DNA from: Oculina patagonica
Lineage: Eukaryota
NCBI RefSeq assembly: GCF_052425735.1
Contig: NC_135763.1
Span: 10,230,001 to 10,294,000 of the forward strand
Length of the DNA stretch: 64,000 bases
Reading direction: 5' to 3'
Shown piece after piece: positions 27,367 through 41,342 of this stretch. A program made the translations under genes and the position numbers. How positions within the stretch are numbered: position 1 is the stretch's first letter; each line of letters starts with the position of its first letter. The notes below the pieces were generated by a model. That model was not told the DNA's origin. It did no database searches and saw nothing but the letters and a program-made list of their open reading frames with translations.

Positions 27367-30300
27367 CTATCTAGACATTAACGTCAGTGAGAAGGGATCA
27401 TCTGGCAGAAACTTTGTTTGCTCTGAAAGAAAAAGAAAAAAGAAAACATGAAAAAATTAACTCTTTCACCCCAACATGCAGTGATAAATTTCTGGAGGCA
27501 AGGCAGCGAAGACCATATTTTGAGTTTTATTCCAAATTGAACTTAGTCTAACTAGCAGAATGAGCAAGAATGACATAATCAATATCTTCACGAATTTTTT
27601 CAGTAGAAGAAATCTTGTAACACATTTTTGGATTCAAATGTTATTTAGATACTTTTGTTGCAGTGAAATTGCATGAAAATGCTTAGAAATCTTACCAAAC
27701 TTCAAAGGGAAATTAGCAAATTTTCTTAATAAAAAGCAGCATTTTGGATTTTTTGGAGCAACTTTTGAGCAACGTTTCGGGAAACTTCGAGCAACTTGAG
27801 GACAGTCCTTTGTTTCACCGCACATATCACTTTACATAACAAGTGATTTCACATAACAGTTGTAGCACAGATGTAATTTCTTTTACCTGACATCACGACC
27901 TTAAATGATAGATGATTATTACCACTGACCTGTTTGATATTCTGAGCCTGCACTTGTGGCAATCTCTTTCCAGTCATATAGATATCTGAATAAGATATGA
28001 ACGACCATTAGTTGATAATATGATGTCACACTGCATAGTAAAATAAGCAAAGCCTAAAACCTCAAAAATTTGTCAGAACACTAACTTCAGAGAATATAGG
28101 CCATTCAAATTGACAACATTCAGTTGTGAGCTTCTAAAGGATTGAGATTTAATATCGATTCAATAGACTGAATAGACCTTTTTTGCTTCGTTTGTTTGTT
28201 GTCCCATTTCAGACCACGTTATTTTAACCTTTGGATTGATCTCTTTCTTATTTAAACAAATACACGTGGAAATGAATGAATAATTTCCCGACAACGGAAC
28301 AATTCTCTGGAGAACAACATGTGATCTGAAATGGGGAATTTACAGAGGTCTATTGCACACAATGACAAAACCCCTAATTTATCAACTTTCGATCCTATTC
28401 TTATCAATTTTGTTTGACAACAACAAAAAAATAACGACTGTCGATATTGTAAGGAGAAATAGAATCCTGATCAACATACTGGTCAAAATTCAGTCCGTTA
28501 GTCCACTCCAGAAGTTCATCCACTTCCCAATCTTCCACAGCATCCTGTCCGCGGGTGTCTGTGATAGTGAGCATTCCTTCAGCTACAGACTGCACAACTT
28601 GTTCAGTCTCTACATCACCTCCATGCCGTGCCTTCAACATGCCCTCTTTGTACCTGAGAGAGTGCAAATAGGATAAGTACAGTTACTTCATGTGACTTTT
28701 ACAATAGACCAATAACTTTAGAGACCCTGAGCTTTGATAGCTACAGTCTCTAATGTTTTTTGGAGCTTGAAAAATACTTGAATCCCAGCTTGCCCTTCAG
28801 ACAAGCAGCAGCTCAAGTTTGATTGCCTGGGGTAGTTTTACTATTGTCTCAGTTTACTTTTTGTGATTTAGCATTGACTTGAATGGGTACATTGGGCAAG
28901 TATTAAAGCATAAAAAAGATACTTGTCAAACAGGAAAATCTACTTGTCAGAGATGCCAGACAGCACTTTTGTTAAGGGGTTCAGTGCCATTTTAACTTTA
29001 TTTTGTGAATTTAAGTTGGCACTAAGCTGTGTCTGCTGTCTTTTATGTGAATCATCAAGGTGTTTTTTTTTTTGCAATGAACTGCAAATTAAAAATGAAT
29101 GAAACGAATACCCAAGAAGAAGCAAAAAAACAGCACTTACATCTTTTTCATCCACTCCACTTTTTTCCTTTTCCGCTTCTTTTCAACGTCTTGCTTTCTG
29201 ACGACCTACATGTAGAAGGAGTGAAGTTAACAGCCACTGACTAATAATAGTCAGTGGCTGACCTGCTGTTTCCTAGCAGGTTCTTTTTAAAAAGCTTGGT
29301 GCAAGCTTACTGAAAGCCTCTATCCCTCTGGAACATCTATTTTCATTTGCCTTAGTTTATTAATACTCCTATTCAGACCGGTCTTTTTTGGACCTTCTCA
29401 GATCGGGATGGTTTGTTGGGTCTGTCGTCCGCTAAGCCCCTAAACCCCTATGTAACTTCCAGAATATTTAAGCAATCACTATGAAACTTATAGGATGTAT
29501 TGTACGTCCGAAACTCTTTCTTTTGGTATACGTCACGTGGGATGGTTGACGTCACATCACGTGACAATTACATCATGATGTCAAAACAGCCGCCATCTTG
29601 GATCCGCCATCTTGGATTTCAAAATTTTTCCAAAATGCCAGAAAACCACCCAAAATCATTGCAAAGTACTCAAAATGAATAAAAATGTGCTTAAAAGCCG
29701 TAAAAATGTAAAAATAATGCCATTTTATAGTTGATCTTTTATTAACAGCGAAAAACGCAAAATTACAAATTTGGGAAAACATGCCTGTCAAAATGCCGTT
29801 GCCATGGTGATGTCAAGTTCCTGACACATCATCCAACTCCTACCTATTTGGTTGCCAGATAATTCTTGTTTAGGAAAAACTCAGAATTTAGTTTGGCAGC
29901 GTTTGGTTAAATTCTTAAAAAAGTTATAACATTGTTCAAAGTCAGCGCGGGCCTCAAAAGCCCCCCCCGGTCTGAATAGGGTTAATACTACCTACACAGT
30001 TTCTTTCTTTTTTAGTGCAGAATTGCACTATTGTGATGGTTTGTTGAGGGCTGTCATCCGCTAAACCCATAAACCCCTCGAAAAGAAAACCCCTTCGTTC
30101 AAGGCCCCTAAATAGCGCTATTTGTGTGTAAACTTTAATAGTCAATTAATTAATTAATATCAATTAATTAATTATTCCTTGTGAAGGAGGTGGGGGTGGG
30201 GAGCACCTGAACGTACCCCTAGGTAAAACCTGGAGCACATCTACGTTACTTTCATATGAAGATCTCAAAGGTATATATTTGTTTCAGAAAACCCTTTGCT

Positions 30301-33300
30301 TTCCTTGTGGTACTACTCGACGTTCTAGGGCAACGTACTTTACGCTAAACGCATGCGCAGTTTAGTCTACGTTTTTTGCTGGAACTCGTGAACATCGCTT
30401 GTATTGCGTGTTTGTGGTGGGACTCCTGCAGACTTGGGGTGAAAACCGCAAATTAATTAAATTAGATTTTTAGACTTTCACAGCACTTTCGTAATTAGGA
30501 ATGCAAAAACTTGCACCAGGATTTTCGGCGTGAAACTCCTGATAACCAGGAAACAAATACTCTACATCTACATCTACATCTACATTTATTGAGTTGATAA
30601 CATCGTTTAAGACATCACATCGACTATAAGAGTACAAAATAACAAAAACAAAATGTACATGTATAAATAAGATATAAAAATACTCTAGCTGTACTGCGTT
30701 TTAAAAAACCTTTCGAAAGAGATGTTTTTAAACTAGATTTGCTCTTTACTTTTTGAGAAACGTCTTTCGTGCAGTTTAAACCGCAACTTAATTAAATTAA
30801 AGTGAAACAATTGGCTTTATTATTGAAAGGAAGACAAATGCCATCGATGTCGCCGTGAAACCAAAAAAAGAGACAAACGAACAAAGGGTCACGTTACCGC
30901 ATTTCCAAGGAAAACAACAAAAGTATCTTGTTACAAACGAACAGAAGTATCGTGTTACGTTTGCAAAGATTATTAGCGTAACAAAAACCCGGAAAGGAAT
31001 ATAAGTGGTGTTTCAACATCTAATTGCAAGTAAAATAAGGCAAATAAACACGAACATCAAACAATACTTTTAATTGTCGACTCCATTGCATTCTGCACTG
31101 TCCTTTGAGTCTCTGAGTTTATTCTAGAGGCATATGAATTATTGTTCCAAGACATAGTGGGATAGCTCATGTGAACTCTTGTGATGGTCACATGGGTGGG
31201 GTCCCAAGGGGTCAGGTAGCAGCTCTCGCATAGTCTCACATAGAACAAACAACTGAAAAGAAACAATGCCTCTTGCCCCCAAAACAATAGCAACTACCAC
31301 ACTAGAGTACCAGCAGAATTACAAGCTTACAAGAGCTGCTACACTTCTGGTCCCCTGGGGCTTAACGGGGGACATGCAGCCCAATGGGGTATGGTTTTCA
31401 GGCTTTTAAATTTATACGAACTTTAGCCGCAATCTGAATTTTTGCAAATTCTTCCTTATTGCTGATTTATGTTGATTTCTGCATTGATGCTAAGCTTAAC
31501 CCTATTCAGACCAGGCTATTTTTGGACCTTCTTTGACCGGGGCAGGGTCTAGACAGGGTATCAAAAATTGGCATTTTGTCTTAAACAGGGTAGGAAAATC
31601 AGGGGTTCCTGTCTTAAACAGGGTAGGAAAATCAGGGGGTTTCCTGTCTTAAACAGGGTCAGGGTTTAGAAGGTCCGGCTGCACCTCCCTACCTGAGATT
31701 ATGTCAAGTACCCTCTCCCCCCCCCCCCAACCCAGGACTGGTCCCAATGCTAAGGACTTAAGTTCTAAAGACTTACAGACAAGACCTCCTTCAGCCCCTC
31801 TAAAATTAAATGGAAACCCTGATGCACCATTACCTTATTATGGCTGAAGAACTCTTTTTTCAGCGTTGACTCATAAACAACAGGATCTTGATCAATTCTT
31901 TTCATCACTCTGTCAGAGACCAGCCTCCAACCATTGTTTTCCCATCTTTGATACCAACCTGATCTGTCATCTGAAAAAACAGCAACAAAAGACTTAGTTT
32001 TATTTCTCCATTCAGAAAAGATTTTGTTGTCGTCGATTGACAGTTGAACACATTAGGATGGTTTCCACCGAACATTCAAGCAATACAGGCAAAAATAAAG
32101 TTACCAAAGAGATCTCATAGCATGGCAACAGTTTGAGCACAGCTAACAAAAACCTACCAAAACTTTAGCTCTCAAGCTGACCCCACCAGAGAAAAATGTA
32201 TTTGAAATTATCTACCGGTATGTTTCAGTTAAAACGGATGTTTTACGCCAGTTTGAAACAAATGGCACACGTTTTAACATTTTTAGGAGGTTTCACTTTA
32301 ATTTTCTCGAGAACGCTTTAGAGTTTTATCACGGGGTCACTAAGACAAATGAATTTCAGTGAGATGTTTCAAATAGTATATAAAATGTTACAACTATAAG
32401 TAGATTTTTGGTACTTAGTTTTTGCACTCATTGCTTGAACCTTCAGCGGAATCCATCTTAATTCTATAGGCTTGCGATGAGTGCAAAGATCTTCACTCCA
32501 GCTGTCTGCTTTTCTGTGCACAGCGCATTTTTTACATTCAGTAGATAATTAAGTGTCCATTAAATTAAAATTGTAAAATTACTTCTCTAGTGACTTGCAA
32601 GAAAGCTAGCAAACAAGCAAGCACACAAGCAACTCTCTGAATTCATCATTTCTCAATCTTTTATATTAGGCAAATGAAAGCGCTCACCTCCATCCATTTT
32701 CTGCCCTTTGTTGTGTACATATTCCTCGGGAAGTAGTTTATTAGAAGCTTTGGTGTAATCTCTTGGAGCATTTGCACACATGTCGACAATGTTGTGGTGA
32801 GTGAAAATCTTGTAGTAGATATTGGGAGGAAATTTTTCCTAATAATCATTGAAATAAAGTATGAAATAAGCCAAGAATGAAAAACGTAACGAGAAAGAAT
32901 AAAATAAAATTAACGATTTCTGATTTTATTTTGCACCAAATTTAAATTCCTAGTTTTATGACCTGGCTCCCACAAATATCCTTCTGTAGCTCAGTGGTGA
33001 AGGGTCTAATCAGTATGCGCAAGTTTATAGGTTATTTGACTCCTGATGGTAAAGTGACTCAATTTTTTTCAAGTAACCAACAAACAGCTCAATTTGTTAA
33101 AAATGTTTTTTTCCTGGCTTGCTTGTACAAAAAAGAACAATTTTAAACTCTGATCACATCCAAAACAAGCACGAAATGATACATATGACTTAAATAATTC
33201 TCATTATTGACTGAAACACTAATTATATTTTGATACTTCTAAAAATTTGTATTGAAGGTTCTAAACTGTTCACAGTCCCCTATTTTTCCGTGAAGTCGTA

Positions 33301-36300
33301 GAGATCGATCGTTCAGTCCGACGGGCCGCCATCTTGGTTTACGAACGCAGCCCCGCCACCCATGGGATTTTTGCACTCTCCCCAGTTTTTGCTCGCGTTT
33401 GTAAACCAAGATGGCGGCCCGTCGGACTGAATGATCGATCTCTACGACTTCACGGAAAAATAGGGGACTGTGAACAGTCTATGAAGGTTCCAGTTACTGG
33501 TTGGTAATAAGAATTTATATAGGTCTCTTAAGAATCAGAATAGAATCACATTCAATGTACACTTACTCCTGCCAGCCTGAACTTAATGTGCACTCCAGCT
33601 GCTGCATCTAAAAGTTCAGCCTTGTAAAAATATAAAAAAATGTACAAATAAATATAAATGTAAAAATTATGCAAAAACGGAATTCAAAGTATTTCAATCA
33701 AATGACCCCAAGCTCACAACTTGAAATGTGCTCAGGCGTGACTCTGACTTACCTTCAAGCGGAGTTGTGTTACAAAGATGCAATTTGCAAGGGTTTTTGT
33801 TTCAAAAGGTATAAAATTTTATATTTTGTGAATGAAATCGGACATTTACCAGGATGAAAGCAAATTGGTAAGAGCTACTATCAAACACACTTTAGGTAAA
33901 AGCTCAAAGTGATGGGAGCTTTTGAAGGGAATTTATAGTCGCAGTTAATTTTAATACTTCAGATATGATCTCGCCACTATAACCTTATTATAGGAAATTA
34001 ACGCGTCATGAAATTAACGTGAATTTCAAACATTCGCGTTAATTTAAGTCGCGTTAATTTTTGTTAACGTTAATTTCCGCACCGTTAATTAAGTGGAGCG
34101 TTAATTTCCATGACGTTAATTTCCATTATTTGGGCCCCAATTTCTCGTTACAGTCCAGACGTTCTTGACTCCAAGAAAAAAAGCATTATTTTAACTGCCA
34201 CTATTATTGATACTGCTCCGATACTGCGAAGAACGCTCAAAGTGGGAAAAGTACCACGAACATTATTTTCGTTTAAGATTATATGCCTACAAGTGTTGAA
34301 ATAAACTTGTTCCTGTTATGTACGTCGGGTTAATTTCCTTCATTTTGAAATGTTACCCCCTCTTTCAGGTTAATTTCTTTTATTGGGAAGTAATTTTTCC
34401 TTTAATTCGCGTTAATTTAAGTCGCGTTAATTTCAAATACCTTAATAAACCCAAGCGTTAATTTCCTATAATAAGGTATGCTTCCACAGGAAACAAACAC
34501 TTGGTTACAGGAATTACGAGAAACATCTGCAATCAATTTGAATCAACATGCACGTTTGTGGCTACGATGAAGAAAAATATAAAAAACAGAACCAGACGAA
34601 ATTTTATACACAGGCTGCTGACGTTATCCCCGGTAGTAATAATAAGTGATGTCCACTGTCCTACACTAACCTCTCTTGGATTGATACATTTTAGCATTGA
34701 GGACGGGTCTCCGCGACATTTAAAGTTGATTAGATCTCTGTAATATCTGTACACTTGGACATCCTGGAGATCAAAGGACCAATAAAATTAATAATCATTT
34801 TCTAATAGCTATAGCTAGTTGAATGACTCCTATTTAGCAATTCAGTAGAACCTAATTTGTCTAGGAGTGAAAAGCCAGAGAGGGGCAGCTGAGTTGAGTA
34901 ATGCTCATAGAAATTGAGGGTGTATCTTAATTATAAGGCAAAAACATCAAACCAAATGTCATTGTCATCTCAACTATACATGAAGTGAAATTAATGATGT
35001 GATCCTCGCAGTGTGTAAGCAATTTAACCAACTACATGTTTAAGCCTGAAAAAATTTCAAGGCGACAACAGGATTTGGACCTATGACCTCTGCAATATGT
35101 CCACGACACCAGTGCATTGCTCCATCAACTGAGATATGAGGCCTTGATACATTGGAAGCAGGTCAATATAGACAGGGGCGAAATGTGTATTGGGGGCTTT
35201 AATCTTTTTTATTTAAGTTTCTAAGCAATTTCAATTACATCGGTTTTTTATAGGTATATATATAAATACATTATTGTTGTAATACTATGATAACTATTTA
35301 TGTAAAGCACATTAGATCATATATGCATTGATTTTGCGCTATAGAAATAATAAGTTAATAGTTTCAATATTGTAGGTTCTAATGTCCGGCATGAAAGACA
35401 TTTAGTTGGTAGAGCAATGCAGAGGTATCGCGGAGGTCATGGGTTTAAATTCGCTTGTAGCCTTGAATTTTTTTTTCAGATTAAAAAATGCAATTGCATA
35501 AATTGCTTACAGACTGCGAGGATCACATCATTTTGCTGACTAGATCGAGAATTGATCATGTTGCAAGTTGTGAGAACATCGCTATTCGGTCCCAGACCTC
35601 ATTTCTATCCCCCTCTGATTTCATCATTAATCCACAGTTCAAATATTATATATCTTTCATATATTCACTATGTCATGTACATGTAGTGTTGAGAAAAACA
35701 TTATCTCACAATGTGTTGCCGCCAAGATCTCTGAATAATCTTTGCTGCCTCCTCTCTGTCTGTGACTCTTTTCCTCTCGGAAGCATCTGTGTCAGTGGTG
35801 CCAGCTGTGTCTCCACGTTGCTGAACGACGCCTGCTGTTGATACACCTCCATCTGTAGTCGGAGGGGGTGGTCTGGGCATGGCTGGTCTAAGTAACACTG
35901 AGCGCCACCATTCTTGGATGAGCACAGCACAGAATTCTGTATAAGTCATCACATTACACGATGGGCCTTGCTGCGCCACAGCAATTTCACAATATTCTTT
36001 GTACTTTCTCTTTGTTCTGGACAAAGCACTGTCAGGAATTTGTTCTCCCTGTGTCAATTTTAAAAGCAAAACAAGTTCAGGGGTAGGATGATTACGGAGT
36101 CAAGAACAAATTAAATTAACTTTGTTTTACGAGGGTTGCACATAACAGTTTTTGGACTGGCAAACATGTGGCCCTCGAATTCCCGATCGAATTGGAATTA
36201 AGAAGTTTTGTGGAGGGAGGAAAACCAGAGAACCCAGAAAAAAACCCTCAGAGCAAGGATGAGAACCAGCAACAAACTCAACCACATATGACGCCAGGTC

Positions 36301-38351
36301 CGGGAATCGAACCCGGGCCACATTGGTGGGAAGCGAGCGCTCTCACCACTGTCCTATCCCCGCTCCCCAGGTATCAGACAGCTATGTGGTTTCTACAAAA
36401 CCTTGTAAAAACAGATGTTTCCTACAGTTTACTGATATTCAAACAATTTATTATTTGATAAATAATTTAAATTACCGGTGATAAATCATAAATAAATATC
36501 ATAATCAAGAAATGAATTTTAAATAAACAAATAAATAAATAGTTATAGTACACTCAACAAAATTACTGCATTCTGATTGGATGAGAGCAGTAACACACAC
36601 ATCTTGCCTAATTTAACTTCATGATTGTTTGTGTGCAAGATCTGAGTCTCACCTTCAAAGAATGTAAAGGTTGTGGTGTGGTGTGGGGCGCCATGGGAGT
36701 AACTGTCCTTACATCACTAAGCCGTGATGGGCTTTGCAAGAATCTGCTGCCAAGAGCTGTGGACATGACACTAGCACTTGGATGAAGAATTCCAAACAGC
36801 TTACATCTGCCATGAGAATTATTTGTTACTAAATGTTGAAGAGATAATGTGCACTATGATTGGTAAGTTCAAGTTAATTATTAAAGCTCCATAACATATG
36901 CCCTATATCATGCAGGCTTTATCAAGTAATAATGCATGCAGCTTTCCACAAGGTAGAACTTGTCAATGCACTTGGTTGGACTAACTGTTCCTCTTTAGTT
37001 AGTCATTAAACTGGTACTTTTTTTAAGGTGAGTGTTCAGAAATCTTTCCATCAATTTACAGAAAATTGGATCTAAGGATTAAACAACTAACCTTGTGTAA
37101 TAACCTCTCCATATACGCTGAATTTCAATGCCTGCAGCAGTTTTCACTTCCTGCTCATCTGTACCTCTTTCAATTGTTTTCTGATTCACAATGTAATAAT
37201 TAAAGAAATATTAATTAATATTTAATTTTAATATATAATTAAAAGATAATAATTAAAGAAAATTACTAATACATTACGGTGTACTTTTTGGTAAAAATTT
37301 CCTCATCACTGAATGGTTATACCATTTTAGGGAAATTTGGTCACCCGCCATGGTTTGTGTTTTGGTGAGATACTGTCAAGCCAAAATATGCTTGTGGTGG
37401 GAACAAACAAGCCTGATTTGTCACCATAGCATACCAAAAAGGTATAATAATCTGCAATCATCATCATCATTATCATCATCATTACAACTATCATTATCAT
37501 TAATTGTTATTATTATTACAAGCAGTAGTGACACAGGTAGAAAGAAAGTAATCAATTTGTGGATAATTTTTAGGTGTCCAATTACAGCAATCCAATTACA
37601 CTAATTGGATAGCTCTTAAATTCAACATCCACATAATTGTGCTCTCATAACTAATCACATTATAACAAATAAGTGTGTGAGAACCAAATAAAAGCAAGAA
37701 TTTTGTTACTGAGGATCAGTAAGGTTTAGACACATTTCCCTAGTAACACACACATAGCAAGTAAGTAGAAAATAAGTTGCATACACTGCACAACTAATTG
37801 AAGTCAAATCTTGGCCTTTTTATGCATTAAAATCAGCCTAGGTGCAGAGCTCTGAACATCTAGTAGTGAAGCCAAACGAAGGATTTAACCTTCTGGTACT
37901 ACTCACAGCTAAAAAATCTTTTACCTGTACGCTTCAATATGTATGTACCATGTTGTTCTCTAGGGCTCATAACTTTATATCATTTCAAACTTGACTGATG
38001 AACTTACCCGTCTCTCTGCTTTTGTGGCGAGAGCAAACTTTAAGTCTTTTACAGTAGCCCCTGCAATGAATTGGTTGAAAGCGATCCCAATCAGTTATCG
38101 AATGTATCTAACACCAAATTTTCACTTACAGTCAACTTTATATGCTGACAAGAAACACGTAGGTCTTGTTGTTGTGACTCCTTACTTTAAAACATTAATA
38201 TTTAAAAGATTCTTTCATAATTTATTAAGCAAATAACGGGGTAAAATTGTCGGCATGCACACAAACAAATAAGCTTAGACTTAGGCTCACCTGGCAAATC
38301 TACATCGTCAAGAATCCGGCGGGCCTCCTCGTGGCTCAACATAGTGGCCAT
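27367..38351 (-). CDS. MFI: Protein MFI (C11orf65) homolog, 493 aa, 13 coding exons
   Basis: Exons 38291-38351, 38008-38060, 37092-37180, 36653-36806, 35710-36048, 34671-34763, 33567-33620, 32688-32838, 31834-31970, 29141-29205, 28480-28653, 27930-27985 and 27367-27422, all phase-consistent. Recognised family motifs: AAKIIQRSWR, INPRE-AELLDAAAGVHIKFRLAG-EKFPPNIYYKIFTH, SGWYQRWENNGWRLVSD, WEVDELLEWTNGLNFD, WKEIATS. Confidence 0.9.
28171..28354. mobile_element. Small MITE (AATAGACC...GGTCTATT termini)
   Basis: Inverted termini plus internal inverted CCCATTTCAGA / TCTGAAATGGG. Confidence 0.6.
29366..29981. mobile_element. piggyBac-like non-autonomous element
   Basis: CCTATTCAGACCGG ... CCGGTCTGAATAGGG|TTAA. 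Another TTAA|CCCTATTCAGACC end at about 31496. Confidence 0.6.
33262..33481. mobile_element. Near-palindromic MITE with 9-bp TSD
   Basis: Inverted arms of about 85 bp; TGAAGGTTC on both sides. Confidence 0.9.
33983..34476. mobile_element. MITE with TIR CCTTATTATAGGAAATTAACGC
   Basis: Perfect 22-bp inverted termini and multiple internal CGTTAATTT repeats. Confidence 0.8.
34982..35670. mobile_element. Old tRNA-headed repeat, inverted pair of copies
   Basis: Minus copy at about 34982-35166 and plus copy at about 35400-35670 share TGATCCTCGCAGT/ACTGCGAGGATCA and a degenerate tRNA head. Related copy at about 49520-49749. Confidence 0.6.
36128..36370 (-). mobile_element. tRNA-derived SINE with conserved central domain
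   Basis: Minus strand: GGGGAGC..CAGTGGTGAGAGCGCTCGCTTCCCACCAATGTGGCCCGGGTTCGATTCCCGG followed by GGTTGAGTTTGTTGCTGGTTCTC...GGTTTTCCTCCCTCC. Confidence 0.8.
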
Positions 38352-40009
38352 ATTTAATTCCTACTACTTAACGTCACTGACTACACATTTTTGGGCATTA
38401 TTTTCAGTTTTTGTAGGGTAATCTACTCTAATTTCCTACCAAAAGTTGTCAAATTCGACGCAAATAATCGATTCCCAGACGTAGCAACAGAACAACCGCT
38501 GACTGTATATAGTGCGGGCGAAATTTTTTTAAACTGTCCAGGGTAGACTCCAGGGTAGAGTAAGTAGTTGGTGTCGTAGCTACTGTCATCACTGATCAGG
38601 TGAATTGGACGGAAGGTTAAGGATCGGTCAATGCATTTTTTAAATTAAAACAAAGCCATCGAGACAACGTAAAGTTAATCCAATTTTTACTAAACAAAGA
38701 GAGTAGTCGGCGTAAATTTTAGATGGAAATCAGATGGAAATCGTAGCTACCCCCCTGACCTGCACCCTATGCGCGTCACGCAGTCTGCGGAGTCTGTGAC
38801 AACTGCTTGCGAAGTAGAATTTGAAACAAGATGGCAGATAACTGCGCGGATAACTTCTTCAAGAAAAAGACGTAGTTTGGTAGGATCCTGTTCATAGTGA
38901 ATCCTGATGTGACTTAGCCAGAATTTCAGCTGCCTTTTAAAAAATACTTTATCTCTCGCTGGAGGATTCAGAAGGACATAGACGAGAGGAGGCTGCCGAA
39001 ATTCTGGCTAAATTTACTCAAGAAGCCTTTTTTTAGGAACATTTAGAATTCAACGACGAATTATTATTTTATGCGCGTCACGAGGAAGACATGTGGCAGT
39101 TGCCCATCAGTTTCGCCGTTGGTCGTTCCCATGCCCTACCGTATCCCCTGTAAAGGGGACGAGGGAACTGAGATAAGGGTACACAGGAAGGGGGAGGGGG
39201 TCCACTAACCAGCTATCTTTCATATCAAATGCTAGTATAATGATTTGATTTACTGTAATCTGGAACCAATTTCACCCTGAAACAAATCCAATGACTTTTC
39301 TCTGGTTCTTTTCTCTCCCTTGTGTACATTAAAAATTCATGCCCAACCAATCTTGAATTTCTGTTTCAAAATGATACCCTTGCCCTTTGGGGAATCACAC
39401 ACCTTTAGACTATTGATATGGGAGTGTTCCCCCCTTACCCAGTATTCTGACAGATTTTATTTCTAGCTGTCTCAATGTGACCAGGTTCACAAAAACGTGA
39501 CATTGCATTTTTAGTATAAATTTAGAATTACAGTTTGGTAGAAACTATTTCCTTTCTTTACCAAATCAACCCACATAATCTAACCACACAGGATTTACAT
39601 CATGAATTTCCCATATGTCACACCACCACACCTTGTATTAGAATCATAAGAATTTCCTTCTATTGTTTGTTTCCTTATAAAAGAAGTGCAGTTAGTTAGT
39701 TTAATTCAGTAGTTTAAAGTGTTCAAGACCTGCACTTACAAGCTGAGGACCCCTTGGTCAAGTACAGTACTATTCCTTGTGACCTAAGTCAGTGATTCAT
39801 TTCACTAAGGATTTTGTTTGCAATCACCCTTTTTCATTTGTATTCTGTATTCCTGCATAAATAAATTTTATTGTGGCTATAAGTCTGATTCGTTGTTCAC
39901 TAACAACACCAGAACCTGCCTCGGTCACATCAATTTTTAAGCATTCTGATCTATCTTTCTTACAACAAATTAAATTATTTACTTTGCAGTGCAGTCTCAC
40001 TACCATTCA

Positions 40010-40306
40010 ATGAGTGCCATGCAACAAATTAAACAAGGAACTCCAGAGACAAATGATTTGCTGAATATTTGCACTGAAGTAAGATCCAGCTGGCAGGTGC
40101 TAGCAAAAGTGTTAGGATTCCGTGAAGTTGAGCTGGAGCAGCTCACAGAAGACCATGCCGACAGCTTTGAACGGTGCTACCAAATGCTTTTGAGATGGAT
40201 GCAGAAGTGTGGATCACAAGCTAGCTATGGTGCATTAGCTAGGGCATTGCAAAACCCCCATGTGAATCGACAAGATCTTGCCTTTCAATATTGTTACAAG
40301 TTGTGA
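40010..40306 (+). CDS. Death-domain-only protein (98 aa from the first ATG; a short upstream exon is possible)
   Basis: Death-fold pattern: ICTEVRSSWQVLAKVLGF...ERCYQMLLRWMQK.GSQASYGALARALQNPHVNRQDLA. Acceptor TTTGCAG ends at 39989, 20 nt before the ATG. Confidence 0.8.
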   Translation: MSAMQQIKQGTPETNDLLNICTEVRSSWQVLAKVLGFREVELEQLTEDHADSFERCYQMLLRWMQKCGSQASYGALARALQNPHVNRQDLAFQYCYKL

Positions 40307-40446
40307 AAAGTGGTGAATTTGCTTTACAATGGGTTTGCTGCAGGGCCAAAAAGCTACTTGCATAAACTTCTAGGACTTTGAAAACTCTGCTAATGATAAA
40401 AAATGTCTTGATAGAAAGATCCCTTGTATGCAGAAACATTTATAGT

Positions 40447-40781
40447 CATAGGCAGCCAAGTGGCCCCCCCAATCAATAATTTGGGCTCAGCCCCCCACGT
40501 TTTGGTGCCAATAATATCACAAGTGCAGTGTAAAATTGGTTTGTCAGGTTATTCTGTCTCCTGAGTGAGTTCAAACATCTTCGAAACTTACTTGGAAGTC
40601 TTCGGGAAACTTTGTTTATCTTTGGAAAAGTTCGAAAAATGACCGGAAACATTCGTATGGCCTTCGAACAACAATCAGAGAATCTTTGGAAATCTTTTCG
40701 GTCAGAAAATAAAAGGTTGCTCCAAATATGAAAACCCGCCGTCTTAGCCCCCTCACATTCCAAACCGCTCCGCTGCCTCTG
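40447..40781. mobile_element. MITE with apparent 5-bp TSD (Transib-like?)
   Basis: CATAGGCAGC...GCTGCCTCTG with flanks ATAGT/ACAGT. Homologous to 63172-63518. Confidence 0.65.
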
Positions 40782-41027
40782 ACAGTTACTGTAGAATCCC
40801 GATTTCTCAAACCCTTGATTTTTTGAACCTCTCGATAACTCAAACCACAAGTGTTTTTTTGGATCGGCTTAACACAGTCCAACACTTGAACTCCCCTGAT
40901 TTGTCAAACCAATTATCATTTCCCTCGGAGGTTTGAGAAACTGGAATCCAGTCGGCCTTGTCCCCAGTCGTCTCCGGCACGTTTTGATGTGACGCCACCT
41001 GCTAAGCTTGTCGGGAGAGTTAGCCTA

Positions 41028-41342
41028 CATTCTTGATCCCATAGCCCTTTCATTTCTCTTAGCCGGCTGAGCCTTAGCATGAGAAAACGAAGGGCTCTGG
41101 AGAAACAGGGTTTCCAGTCCTAGATTCTAGGACTTCCGGTCTTCATGTATGCAGTTATAATGTTTCAAAAGAATGTATGAGAGAGTCGTTATGTTTTTGA
41201 CTTCCGTTTAGGAATTCTTTGTTCCAAACAGCCAAAAAAAATTCGAATTAATTCAAAAATCCTACGTCCCCAGAGACCTTCGTTTTTTTGTGCCAAGGCC
41301 CAGCCGGCTAGGAGAAGCAAAAGGGCTATGTGGACGAGAATG
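41028..41342. mobile_element. MITE with long inverted termini, nested in other repeats
   Basis: CATTCT..CATAGCCCTTT..TAGCCGGCTG..AACGAAGG / CCTTCGTT..CAGCCGGCTA..AAAGGGCTATG..AGAATG. Confidence 0.7.
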
